A DNA stretch of 64,000 bases from Lingula anatina. Its lineage: Eukaryota > Animalia > Brachiopoda. The notes beneath the pieces are model-generated. The model was not told where the DNA came from. It saw only the letters and a program-made list of their open reading frames with translations, and searched no databases. Below, one piece after another: positions 28,802-41,808 of this stretch; position 1 is the first letter of the stretch, and each line of letters opens with the position of its first letter. The position numbers and the translations under genes were made by a program. The stretch lies in contig CM120644.1 in the NCBI GenBank assembly GCA_051362555.1, positions 17,010,534 through 17,074,533 of the forward strand, read 5' to 3'.

Positions 28802-31800
28802 ATGAACCGAGATGAAAAAAATACCGTAATTGCCACCAATGTCATGAATTATCCACACGAAAAAAAGAACTAGCAAACTTAAGACAGCAAAGTAAAGCTA
28901 CTATATATAATATGTAAAATGTAAGGCAATTATATATACAAGTCAGAGCGTCAAATACCTTTAATGGCTTGTAAAAGCTTTGGGATCAATTCTTTGTCAT
29001 CGAAATGAATGTATTTCAAGCCTTTTATTTCGGAAGGAATTTCCTCAGGTGAAATGTTCATTACCACCGGAATGAGGACATCTCTTTTCGAATTGAGGGC
29101 TTCTTGCATGGCATACTGCAGCTCTTGTTTACACCACTGACTCTGAACAAAGTTATTGGACAGGAACGCAATGGTATGTTTGGATGCAATGATCGCTTCA
29201 CTTATGGAACTAATCACTTGTGTTCCAGGAATGAGGTCTTCTTTGGCATACCAAAGCTTAAACCCCAGTTTTTTTAGCTGGTGTAGAACTGGTTCTATCG
29301 TTTCTTCATCCTCGCCGCTGTACGCAATGAACGCGTCGTGGCGGTATTGATCCAAGGACAAACTGGGAATATAAAGTGAGTTGTGGCTGTGATAGAAATA
29401 CACACGTGTATATACACACTCTTGTTAAAATATGTATATGCACAATAAGCAAGGGCGCAGGCGTTTATGCTGTTTATGCAACCAAAATTGTAGAAAATGT
29501 TTGTTGTTAACAAAGCAGTAAATGTAAATACTTAAATATCTTTAAAATACCTGAGTGCCTTCAGGTGAATAAAAATAGCCTGACTAATTCTATTACTAGC
29601 TCTAACATTCAAAACTGCACTCACCTAGCATCTTGTTGGTCAGTGGTTGCCGAATGCGACGTGTGCATGTGCCTCGCAGTGACCAAAGTTCTACATCGTT
29701 CTTCAAATTCATCAGGGGTCATGTTTAAAATTTCCGTCACCACCCCAGCATAACAGTCCCCTGCTGCATCTGTATGGGAGAATAATTTAAAGTAGATATC
29801 ATAAGATGTGGAAATAGATGTGATAGGCCTACACATGTAGGTTGTGCACAATCATGAATCATTAGATGCTTTATAATATTTAATAACGACACGCTATTCA
29901 ATATTTTTGGAAATAAAAGCAAATGTTTACATCTTTGATGCAGTAACTTACCCGTTCATAGGCAGACATATAAGACTCACATTCACTGTCACTTTTTAAA
30001 AAATTAAATCTTGACATAAATATTCCATCAGTCTCCACGGTAAGCCTACCATCCACAATACGTGTACACGTACATACACATAAGAACAAATGATAAATCA
30101 TGCATTGTATAATTATATACACTTCTAATCTTACAGTCCAATTATTGACAGTTGTTACAACGATATTATGAAATATAATGTATTTTTATGTATATCAAAA
30201 TAATAAGTAAACATTGCTTTTACTTACCGGAAAGTCGTGGAAGGTTTGCAGACTGTAGCCCGACCCTTAAATCTCTAATGTTTTTATAATTGTTCTTGTT
30301 GACCCAGTCTTTCAGTTCCTGCACCTTTTGGAATTGTGAGACTTCAGGGAAGTTTGTGCTCAGGTTGGTCTGGTTAATAATGGTGTATTCAGCAGAATCT
30401 AATAGTTCAGCAAGGCGCTCCAAAGCCCTGGTCAGTACAAACCTCTGTAAATATGGCATCAATTAAATTATTTTACAGGAACTGGTATATTTGATGAAAC
30501 AGTTATTAAAATATCGTCCATGAACTCAGGACGTGCGCAGTTATAACCCAGGACACTTGACCTCTACACATCTGCCTTCCTATTGAATCATAATTGATCA
30601 TATAATTTAATAATATTGAACCATAATTGATACATAATTTAATATCTAAAAATACACATAAATGTGGTAAAGAATAAACAGCTTTGAAACAATTACTCGA
30701 ATTTATGTATTTTTCAACTGCTGATCGAAACTCTATGTATCATAATCCAATGCTATTCAAGGGCTAAAGGTTGACCACGTTCACACCGCTACATGTATAC
30801 CTGTACCTGTATATCTGGTATTTCAAAACGCCTGAACAACTCTACTACGGCAGCATGATCTTCGTCCTCTGCCACCATTCTTGGTGTCTTTCTCTCCTGT
30901 AATAGCACAACTTGTGTTACTTACTGTATGAGGAGGGAAAATGTAGCCTTTAAGTGCAGTCTAGTGAAATGGTACTTTCCCGTAATACGGTCTTAATATG
31001 ATTTCTTAAAAATGTGTAGCCGTATTCCTGTGCTCGGGCTCTTTAACACTCACCTCAGCCTGTATACTGGTATCCGCCCCGTGTTGGAGGAGAAGCTGAA
31101 CACACTGCGTGTGGCCGCGCTTGGCAGCAATGTAAAGTGATGTCCACCCATTCTGAAAATATGGACAAACAATGTGAGGGAAAATGTAGCCTTTAAGTGC
31201 AGTCTAGTGAAATGGTACTTTCCCGTAATACGGTCTTAACAGGGGCGGATTTAGGCCGTCTTCTGGGTCTTCCGGAAGACGGTCAGATTTTCAAGTTTAC
31301 ATTGACGGGTATCTAATTTTTTCTGTCGGAAGACGGTCAAAAAATAGAGGATGGATCAACAAAATATAATATGGAAGACCGTCAGAAAATATCTCTGGAT
31401 CCGCCCCTGCTTAATATGATTTCTTAAAAATGTGTAGCCGTATTCCTGTGCTCGGGCTCTTTAACACTCACCTCAGCCTGTATACTGGTATCCGCCCCGT
31501 GTTGGAGGAGAAGCTGAACACACTGCGTGTGGCCGCGCTTGGCAGCAATGTAAAGTGATGTCCACCCATTCTGAAAATATGGACAAACAATGTGAGTAAA
31601 GAGATAATCCATGCCGGAGGATCATGTTTATTTCCACTGGGTGTTTAAAGCAATCATTTACAAACAAAATCATTTGGCACAAATTTTCAGTGTGATATGT
31701 ACAGGGTGTAAACAATGTAAATCGATACATGCTTTAAGATAATTAGTTATAACTTAAAAGATCGCTAAGCAGGAGATGTAAACCTGGCACAATAACTTCT

Positions 31801-33420
31801 AATGTACATCGGAAAAGACATGTAGTTATTCGCAAGAGTAGCAATATTACTATGCTTAGACTATTCTGCGCTCACCTCAGTCTGTATATTGGTATCAGCC
31901 CCGTGTTGGAGGAGAAGCCGGACACATTGTGTGAAGCCAAAAAAGGCAGCCCAGTGTAGTGGTGTACCCCCATGCTAAGAATATGGACAAACAATGTGAG
32001 TAAACAGATAAGCCATTTTGCAGAATCAAATTTATTGCCACTGGGTGTTTAAAGCAAACAGTTATAAACCAAAATCGATTAGCAAAAACAAATATCACTG
32101 TGATATATAAAGGATATTAACCAGGGGCGGATTTAGGCCGTCTTCTGGGTCTTCCGGAAGACGGTCAGATTTTCAAGCTTACATTGTCGGGTATCTAATG
32201 TTTTCTGTCGGAAGACGGTCAAAAATGGAGGATGGATCAACAAAGATAATTTGGAAGACTGTCAGAAAATATCTCTGGATCCGCCCCTGTTAACGATGTG
32301 ATTCGATGCATATTTTAAGATGATTTAAGAGAAAGATGCAGAGTATGTAAACCTTGTACAATAACTTTTAATAAACTTCGAGAACGCAAGTGTACCGATA
32401 TTGTTATGCTTAGACTATTCTACACTCACCTCAGGCTGTATACTGGTATCCGCCCCGTGTTGGAGGAGAAGTTGGACACATTGCGTTCGGTTGTGCATGG
32501 CAGCCAGCCAAAGTGGTGTACAGCCACTCTGAAAATACGGACAGTGTGAGTAAACAGGTAATTTATATTTCAGAATCATGCTTATTTCCGTGTGGTGCTT
32601 AAAATCATCAGTTATTATCAAAGTCGGTCAGCAGAAATTCTCACTATGATATGTATAAACAACGTCGTGTCGAAGTATATGTTTGGGACAATAGGCTAAG
32701 AAAAGAATTTATAGTTACCAGTCCCAAATCAAAATTACTAATTGGCAGTAGAAAGTGACATATGGTAACTCGCAATGTGAATTTCGTTATGTGACCTAAT
32801 TAATGATTAAATGTTTATATCATTCTGTTGCTCTACAATACAGGTTGCAAAGTTCGCCTCAAATTCTTGTGGATATGTTTAAACCATTATTATTATAAAT
32901 CAATAGTAGCTTAGGGGTAAACAAAAAAATGAAATGAAAAATGAAACATGGCAAGCCAAAGCATATCGGTGAACGAAATCGTAAACTGCACAATTTATAA
33001 TCTCTTATTGTGGTATGTACACGGAAGAACAGAAACATATGGGTTTCTTGCTACCAAAATTCATGTTTTCCTGTACTGTATATCGATATCTTGTCCATTC
33101 CATAAATGTGAATGTTGTTCACAGCTACTATTATTATGATAATATCATAAAGCCCGTGCAGACAGTATGGAGTGAGGCAGTTACTAAGAGAATGTCCACG
33201 GAATTTGTAATGGGTCGTTTCTACAATAGTGTAAATACTTCAGTTTGTATCCTTACTGTAATGATAAATAGCTAAACGATATCGTGACTAGTGACAGAGT
33301 AATTAACGTTGTTACCTCGTCCTGCTGGACATTGATGTCGCACTCCCTGGCAGTCAGCAGTTCCTTTAAATACTCAATATCTCCATCCAATGCAGCCCAG
33401 AGAAGACTTTCGTCATCCAT
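28545..33420 (-). CDS. ANK-DD-TIR gene 1: ankyrin repeats, death-fold-like domain, TIR, C-terminal coiled coil (10 exons, ~493 aa)
   Basis: Exons 33420-33316 (N-cap), four 99-bp ankyrin exons 32528-32430, 31974-31876, 31570-31472, 31152-31054, C-cap 30896-30807, DD-like 30444-30228, linker 29769-29625, TIR 29362-28959 (HDAFIAYS, EDLIPG, FLSNNFVQSQWCKQEL), coiled coil 28669-28545. The frame is open throughout. The death-fold call rests on helical pattern only. Confidence 0.85.
31240..31409. mobile_element. 170-bp MITE, 5-bp TSD CTTAA
   Basis: TIR CAGGGGCGGAT...ATCCGCCCCTG; the empty site is visible in the adjacent duplicate (cggtcttaatatg at ~30988). Confidence 0.9.
32122..32289. mobile_element. 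Second copy of the CAGGGGCGGAT MITE, 5-bp TSD TTAAC
   Basis: Same TIRs and interior; the homologous intron site of gene 2 (~62990) is empty. Confidence 0.9.
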
Positions 33421-33838
33421 ACTGGTTGGTTGCTATATACCGTGTACCGGTATATATACTATATACCGATATTCTTACGAGGGCAAAGTACGGTATCTCT
33501 GAAATAAGACGCAGTGATCATTACAAGATAGTGATAAAATCCGTTTTACCATATCATCTGTCTAAAAATGAACAGTTCAAGGGCATACATGTATCAAAAA
33601 CAAGGACAGTAGTGTTGGGGGTATGAAACGCATAATTTTTGTTAACTGGATAGGGTTTTACCAAGGAGTTATAACTCCTTGGTTTTACTATCTAAAAGTT
33701 TTTTGAAAGCCAAAGAGGTGGTGTATAGGCTACATGTATTGCTTCTCTCTGTTAGAGTGTGTGTGTGTTTGAGCGTACACGTGTGTGTTCCTCTGTCAAA
33801 GTTTCCTGTGAATAGATATTCCTGGTATAGCTTTCAAT

Positions 33839-33990
33839 CATGGGCGTCCGCAGGGGGGTCAGTGGGGTCACTTGATCCCCCTGGAATTTTGGCAAGCACA
33901 TTATTTGCGGGTACCCAGCCAATCATTACCCCCCCCCCCACCCCCTTCGATGACTTTGACCCCCTGGAAAACTTTCTGCGCACACCCATG
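33839..33990. mobile_element. 152-bp hAT-type MITE upstream of ANK-DD-TIR gene 1
   Basis: TIR CATGGGCGTCCGCAG...CTGCGCACACCCATG; decayed 8-bp TSD ctttcaat / gttccaat. Confidence 0.65.
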
Positions 33991-34635
33991 GTTCCAATCA
34001 CAACAATAATACACAGTAGGCAGATTATATGAGTAGAAATATAGGAACGTGTCGTCTTGTAGGGCCTACATGAATATAGTAATACATATTTACAAAAGCA
34101 GTATTGATTTGCTTTGCCAGAGAGTTTACCGTGGCCTCTACGATGCTTGGGTCGGTGTATTGTGACCGTCCCTTTTCCTTCTTCCTTCATACACTGATTC
34201 ATTCGTAATGCAACTAAAAATCTAATGACTTTTAATATCTTAATTTTCATAACAACATATTCACCCGCAAACAGAAAGTGACGCCAAATTTCCCAGCTCG
34301 ACTACTAAGGGCAAACACTTCCAATCTTTATGATGCATTGCCACGAATTCTTACCCAGATGTTAAAGGACAAGGTTCACGGAAAAATCCATTTCTCGAAT
34401 TTTGAAGATTCAGCACTCAATCTATACACTAGAGGTATGTTTTAATCGATCCCCGCCATTTAAAAATTATAAAAACAATATATTTATAGTGAAAAAGCGT
34501 TTTAGTAAACCTCACCTCAATTCTTACAGTGGGATAGCCCACGTGACACCCATGTGCGCGCGCAGAAAAAAACGCGTGGGGACAAACTCCCTAGCAACCG
34601 CGATCAGTTCATGTATTAGACGTGGAGCAAGTAAC

Positions 34636-35650
34636 ATGCCAAAAACTTGTCGTGAAGCTGGCTGTTGTTCAAGAAAATACAAAGAGAGTTAGAGTCAAGT
34701 TCTCTGTTTTACCTAATGAGAAGTTTAGAAGAGAGAAATGGCTGTCAGCGATAAAAAGAGCAAGAGTAAATAGTGATGGCATTAGGTCTAAACTTTGGTC
34801 GCCGCGAAGAAGTTCTCTAAATGTCTGTTCCCTGCATTTTTCACAGGTTAGAGTCATAAGATGGGTTTTGCATTCTCTTTTACGTAGAATATTATATAAA
34901 TATACCGCATCTGTGGTAATGACAACTGTTGGCATGGGTAAATCAACGATTATATCATTGTCCAAATAATTCGAGACAGTCGTGAAGATTGTGTAGCCTT
35001 TTTTATATTTTTTTTCTTTCTGGAATTTTACAAAACTTGCCAAGGATGACACTAACAGCCGTTGAAAGCTGTTTGTGTCAGATCGACCAGCTTTCTGTTT
35101 ATTATGTCTATTATTGCAAGGTAAGGTGTTCAGGTGCCCACCTGGGTGATAATGATCAGTCATGTCTTTGAGTTAGATCAGTTATACTGTTAGTGTCAGT
35201 TCAATCAGTTTAATGTGAATTATGCAAGGAAAAGTGCTTTAATTGGCGTTCACCTGTGTGATAATGATCAGTGTAAAATAATTTGGGGTTGACACCTTGA
35301 TCGCACAATTACAGACCAGAGCTGTACAAGTGTTAAAAGCCTATCTGAATTTAAATTTGGTTTAAGTAGTTCTTTTGATGTCAAGCCAAAACAAAGCTGG
35401 CGTCAATCACGTGAAATCTTAAGGGCAAGTACTAGTCTTGTAACAATAAAAAGGGCAAATAATGACAAAGTTTTAAAAAATTCACTATGAAAAATGCAAA
35501 TAAGTAAACAAAACAAAAAAATCAGCAATCGTGCACACCCTGATAATGTGCCAAATGTTTCTCCTACTGTACATGTGTACCACGAGTGATCAGGTGATCC
35601 AAAAGGCAGAGATGAGAGTGGATCGGTATGAAAGGATTTTATTAACAAAA
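34636..35650 (+). pseudogene. THAP zinc-finger (transposase N-terminus) remnant
   Basis: MPKTCREAGCC / frameshift / KFSVLP...RREKWLSAIKR...WSP...VCSLHF up to donor 34846; second piece HPDNVPNV...DRYER at ~35525-35650. Frameshifts and stops are present and no DDE core is visible. Confidence 0.75.
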
Positions 35651-36169
35651 TGGATAAATGGTTCACTTTTGAGAACTTTGAACAAAAAAAAAAAAAAAAA
35701 TTGTTCCAATTTCAAATTTGTTTTTATTCTTTTCTTCTCTTCACCAGTTACTTGCGTGGATATATGCAATCCAAATGCACATTTCAAACATCCCGGACAT
35801 TATTTTTATTTGGGATATGTGAATAAAATATTTATCATAAAACTACTTTATTTAACAAAAAATTAAAACAAAAACAAAAGTGATTCATATACGTTATGAT
35901 AATACACACGAAACAAAGGTAATTCTAAGCATCAGATTCATTTTCCTCTTATAAAAATGTAACACTAAGCACTGACATCTTAATACACATTTTGCACTGT
36001 GTGATTGCATTATACTTGAATAAAATGCTGATTTTCCCATGAAAAATAGAAAAAATGAGCGCTAATAGCCATCAACAGACATTGCATAATGTGCTACTGC
36101 ATTATATTTTCCAATCGGATATGCAGTGCATAAAATAATTTCCCATGAAAAAAGCTCTTACATTTGTAT

Positions 36170-36425
36170 ACACTTATTGCACAATGTACGGCTGAGAAAA
36201 AACTGAACGTCTATTTTTATCATGTACACATATATATTGCACAATGTATGGCTGAGAAAAAAAACTGAGCACTTATATTCACACACACATATTGCATAAT
36301 GTCTGACTGAGAAAAAAACTGAGCGCTTACTAGTATATGCAATTGCACAACGTGTGACTGAGACAAAAGTTGACAACTTAAATTCAAACACACATATGTG
36401 GGACTGAAAAAAATGAGCACTTGTA
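36170..36425. repeat. Degenerate ~55-60-bp tandem repeat, about 5 copies
   Basis: Recurring attgcacaatgt..gctgagaaaaaaactgagcactt. Confidence 0.7.
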
Positions 36426-36439
36426 TCCATACACTCTGA

Positions 36440-37276
36440 GTCACAACATGGTATGCTGTCTGGGCCCAACAAGATGTGAAGAAGGTGTGAGCTTCCAGGG
36501 AACGATAGTTTTCCATGGCTTCCAGTGAGTGCAACCCTGAAAGTAATTCCAACATTTTTCCAATTTTAGAGACAGGTAATGAAGTGCTGTTCAATAAAAA
36601 GACACACACTCGCTTGTACAAAAAACAGACAATTTAAAATCTGCCTCTGTATTTCAAATTAACCTTGAAGTAATTAAAAACTCGGTGATCTAGAAACAAA
36701 CAACAAAGGGGCGGTCAATAACAGTACTACATGCAACCAAGGAATTATCTCCTTGATGCAACTTAGTGTCTAATATCACTGATCAGGCAAGAGGATTACT
36801 TTCTTAGTAAGAAATGCATGCTAGTAAGGAATGTAAAATTCAATTTTTTATTCTTTATTCAATTCTTTATTTCCGCTCATCAATTCGTTCAAACTAAGAT
36901 AGGGCGAATAAAAATATTTAGTGTGATATCAGTGCTTGGAACGTTATGATAAACATCGTCATCAGTACGTTTCATTGGAATTTTTAACGCTTCCTTCTCC
37001 ATAAATACTGGTAACTAGATAACCAAACACCTAAAAAAAGCACAAAAAGTAGTGCTGATCTTATTTAGGTAGACTTTTTAAGTATATACTTACTTGGGAC
37101 CTTAACCAAAAAGATGAAAATATCTAGAGTTTACACGTCTGGCGATTGTTTGGGATCATTTTCCACTCATCTGCTGGAAGCTTGTAAGGACAAATATCAT
37201 GCCCATAAAGATCAAGTTTTGCCCTATACCTGTTTAGTGAATCTGGACGAAGTCCTTCCTCATATTCAAACTCCAT
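36440..37276 (-). pseudogene. Decayed transposon accessory ORF (SWIM/YqaJ-associated type N-terminus)
   Basis: Exon 37276-37094 (RYRAKL...CPYKLPADEW / frameshift / NDPKQSPDV*TLDIFIFLVKVP) and exon from 36536 (YRSLEAHTFFTSCWAQTAYH) resemble the YKSLEAYNYF-SGWV family of transposon second ORFs. Confidence 0.6.
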
Positions 37277-40200
37277 TTTCACTCTTGAATTATATGAAAA
37301 TCGCTTTTTTTCGCAGAGCTTTTTGGTCAAGTCTTCATTGTAATACAAGGCGAGATGGCGCCTAACGACCGATTTAGCCCCCACGCGGTTGGTTGCTAGG
37401 GACTATATCCGGTTGTGACGTCATTCCGACTGGGAGAATATGCATAAATGAAGCAACAGATCTGGGTCACGTGGTACTGTGACGACAATCACGATAAAGG
37501 TCTATGAGACTCAACTGAGCTGCATGGTGCAAACAGACAGAATGATTTTGGAAAGTTGTGTTGAACGGAGTTGAGCAATTTTCTTTATGCCTCAGTGTGT
37601 TGCCGTGGGATTCACTAAAATTGCAGCACTCCTTGACTATCTTTCTTTATCTGTGACGGTCTTCCGTGACTAACTTGCTAACTTTGGTGACAATAGTTGC
37701 GATCCTCGCGATCTCGGTCACCTCAGGTGTTTTAGATCATATCAAAAGCTGATAGTCTTTTAGATACTGTCATCAGTTGGCAAGCGTACTAATTGCTGAT
37801 GCATTTTTAAATTCATTGTAGTTGACCAAGAGCTCGTTAACAATAAAACCTGTTAATTATGCACCGCTGCAATTCCCAAGCCAGGTAATAACAGGTATGA
37901 AACTCGTCTTGGTGGGCTTTCATATTTTTCAATATATCTCGTTTATTTCATGGGGTTATTTTATTGGTATTTGTAAATGACGTTATATATCAATACTTAA
38001 ACAATTAAGAGAGAACAGTTTCATTAGCTCTAAATGTATATATTCAAATTCCTGTTTATTATTTTGAAGATTCAGCACTCAATCTATACAATTCAATATT
38101 GGAGGTAATACCCACATATTTTACAAGCTCTTGATAAAAAGAAAAACAAGAATTTGAATTAAACAATTAAGTTCTAACACGGTCGCAAACATTAATAAAA
38201 GAAATTGCTCTCAGGGTATCTTGAAGCTTCCGTGGAAGAAAACGTGTTGAGGAAAAACAGGAAAAAGAGCGTTATATTAAAGAAAAAATGGGAACTGCTG
38301 TAATAAAATGGTTCGTTATCCTAATTCGTTTATGCATTGAGGATTTGTTTCTGAAGAGTATTTCATCTGAAATATTAAATAATTTAAAAGATTGATCATT
38401 TTATAACTTGAAACGCAAATTCTGCGTCAGTACGCAATTTTTTTTTTTTTTTTTTTTTTTGCAAATTTGTAAGCTTATAACACCGTGCTATAAAGATCTA
38501 CTCAAGAAAAAATTTTGCTTGGGTAAAATTGAGTACGGAATGAACTGGAGACACTTGGCTTGTCATTAAGTTTACACGAAAATATGTCAGGTAACTTTAT
38601 ACTGTCTTTGAAAGAGTAAAGATTGAAAGATAATTTTAGACAAACTTTGACGGAGGAAATACCTACGAAAAGTAATGGGCTATTTCGCCAACATCTTGTT
38701 GAACATTTTACACTGCAATTCTATTTAAATAAGCTAAGGAACTAATTGCCAAATTTATACTCTCATCACATAACAGGGGGATAACTAGACCTGCAAAAAT
38801 TGTACGCACATATTTTAAAAAATTACAAGCACATACAGCAAAATGTAGACTTACGCAAAACATGAAGGACAGCGTAATCACAGCAAATGTACCTCATATA
38901 GTAGCTTAATTTCCATTAATAATAAAATCATCATTTAAGTCAAAAATATTCTCGCGATTTAATAACTATTCTAATTTACCCAGAACGGTATATTTATTTT
39001 AAAGGCGGTTAACTGAAATATAGTTTTATGATGTGTGTGAAAATTGCCCATGTCACCCTGTTAGTTTGGAGGTCTAAGCTGGATCAAGTCCATGTTAAAA
39101 TTCCTATGAAGTTATGCAGGAAAATTTCTTCCTTTCTTTCTCTAGCTCCTCGATAAACCTGGTGTTCAGATTTTATCTAGTACCCCCAGGTCTACGGGAG
39201 CTGCTCTTTGTAACTAACGCACAGGTAGATTTTTACCTGAGATAACTGAGGTAAAGCTTAGATAGAGAGTGCGTTCGATACAAGCAAGACAAATTGAATG
39301 CCATTTAACCCTCTAATTAAGAGGTAAAGGAAGTTCCAGTTAGATGGATGATTAAGATAGGACTTGTAAAGGTAACGGGCATTGTTTACCTCAGTTTAAT
39401 AAAAGTATGCAAGACGGAGTGTCAGCGGTTTAATAAAATAAATTGAATTTCACAAATAACATGGACCTCATATGCAATAATCAACATTTCCCTTAACTCA
39501 TTCAAATGCAGTGTTTTATACAACTTGGGATAACCATGATTAAATGCTTGTTAAAGAATTGACTAGACGGGAAATGGTTTTACACAGCTTCACGAGGATT
39601 TAGACCCCTCGGGTAAGAGATTTGAATGAGTATAAACTTTTATCAGAAGCCAGAGAAGTCATCTTACAGGTAGACAATGCAGCTCAGTTTAACAGCTAAG
39701 CACGCTTTATTCTCCAGTGGCTCGATTGTCGTCATCAGACCACGTGACAACGTAGCTCATTTACTCTCAGGCCGAGCAAAAAGGACGTTTTTTAAAGCCA
39801 AAAATTTACAAAATGAGATTTTAATTTGCGTATTTGGATAAAGATATCGTTAGTTGGGCATGTTTTCTGAAGAATATTTTCCGTTCAGGCCATTCTGACG
39901 GCATGGAGCAAATCCTTTAACAACACACTGATATCCAAAGTAGAACTACTTGAATGTCTGTGGTTCGCATCGATGTGGTCGACATGTTACTTCAGAACTT
40001 CGAAAATTTTCAGTAACTTACCGATTTTACAAGCCTCGTGCAAATGGCGACTCTCTATTATTAGAAATGTCGAGGGGAATTCCCCTTTGTTGTTATTGGC
40101 TTCATTTTTTCAACTAAGGCAAACATCTTGTTCAAGGACGTTTATTGTCCAATGGAAGATGCATCTATAGTGTTAATTAATTAGCTTGATATGTTTAGGT

Positions 40201-40939
40201 GCTATTTATTACACATATGTCAGGGTGTCTCCCCCCCCCTCCCCCCCCATCCACACTCAGCTTGCAAGGTACCCCCTTCTACTCCTTTTCATATAATACA
40301 CCTGTTACGGAGTTTATGGGCTTCGTAACTATTGATAAAAGGAGTCAGTTTGTAGAATATACTTTGTTTTATTTCCGAGTGCAGTTTACAAGACTTCCAT
40401 GTGCTAACCTCAACCCTTTAAGTCACCACTCTTACTAGTTGTTGACCCTCTGCTCTAGCACTTCAGCTTTTTGGAAATTATCCAACTTTTCAATAAATTT
40501 CAGATATATTTATATTATAATAAATGGTGTACCGTGTGCAAATACATCAGTTCCGTGTGCATTTTACCATATATGGTCAGAATTACTTTACTTATTGAAC
40601 AATGCTGATTGCGTGGACAATACGTGAAATCATCAAACCTAAATGCTGGATTACATGAGATTGGTTATACAGATCATGTACGATATGCAGCTAATATCTT
40701 TACCTTATTATGTATAAAGTGATGCAGGAGGCAGGTCATTGTTTTTGCTTAGGTATCGATGTCCAAATTTGCCTTACAAATTGTCACGCTTCACAGATAA
40801 AACATGACTTTACACGTTAAATCCACAGACTATCATGCGGTGCACAATACAGTGCACAGGGTCAGAAAGTACTCAGTATACCGAAGAGGGGTTTACCAAA
40901 ATTATTATTTCAAATGTTATGTTACCCCGTGACACACCG

Positions 40940-41777
40940 AACAAAATTTAGCAAAGCCAAAAAAATCCCTTACCCTTGGTCTGTTCATGTGTGTGTGTGT
41001 GTGTGTGTGAGTGCGTGTGTCGCACATGATAGAGTCTACAAAAAATTAGTCCCCAAGCTTGTTAATACAAGGTCGTTCTTCTTTAAAAGGTTAATTCGAA
41101 CATCTTTTAGATGTGATTTATATACATAGGCCTATTCCAACTCAGTAGGCCTATTACGTATTATTCCAATATTTTTACAAACGATTTAACTTGAGTATTC
41201 AACCTGAGTACATTCACATACATATTCATGTACTTGTGCAAACAAAAGTTACATGTCATGTCACATACCCTGTTTTATTCTAAATTTTGATAACAACATA
41301 TTCACCTGCAAACAGAAAGTAACGCCAAATTTCCCAGATCGATCACTAAAGGCAAACACTTCCAATCTTTATGATGCCTTGCCACGAAAATTTTACCCAG
41401 AATTAACAACACACTGACATCCCAAGTATACCTACTTGAATATCTCTCGTTCACATTGTTGATGTGGCTGACATGCTACTGTAGAAATTCAAAAATTTCA
41501 GTGACTTACCGATTTTACAAGCCTCGTGCAAATGGCGACACTCTATTATTAGAAATGTCGAGGGGAATTCCCCCTTATTGCTATCGACTTCATTTTACAA
41601 CGAAGGCAAACATCTAGTTGGACGTTTAAAATTGTCCAATGGAGCATGCATCCATAGTGTTTTAACATTTAAAATATTAAAATAAGCTTGATATGTTTAT
41701 GTGCTATTTATTACACATATGTCAGGGTTGTGAGCCTATGACAAATTGAACACATTGATAACATAGGCCCTAATGTT

Positions 41778-41808
<31 letters not shown>

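Larger units (their letters stand above)
34366..39916. mobile_element. 5551-bp Kolobok-like DNA transposon relic
   Basis: TTAA at 34362-34365 and 39917-39920; termini AGGACAAGGTTCACG and CATGGAGCAAATCCT (imperfect TIR). Removing it restores cccagatg-TTAA-caacacac, seen uninterrupted at ~42418-42437. It contains a THAP remnant and a convergent second-ORF remnant. Confidence 0.75.

Noticed and set aside
28545-33420. Calling the ANK-DD-TIR genes MyD88, IkappaB/p105, SARM1 or a TLR
   Set aside because: Domain order fits none of them: no Rel homology, SAM/ARM, LRR or transmembrane segment was seen, so no symbol was assigned.
34669-35163. 164-aa minus-strand ORF
   Set aside because: Antisense shadow of the THAP remnant with no recognisable motif.
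34362-39920. piggyBac assignment because of the TTAA duplication
   Set aside because: Termini are AGG...CCT rather than CCY...RGG, and the cargo is THAP-type.
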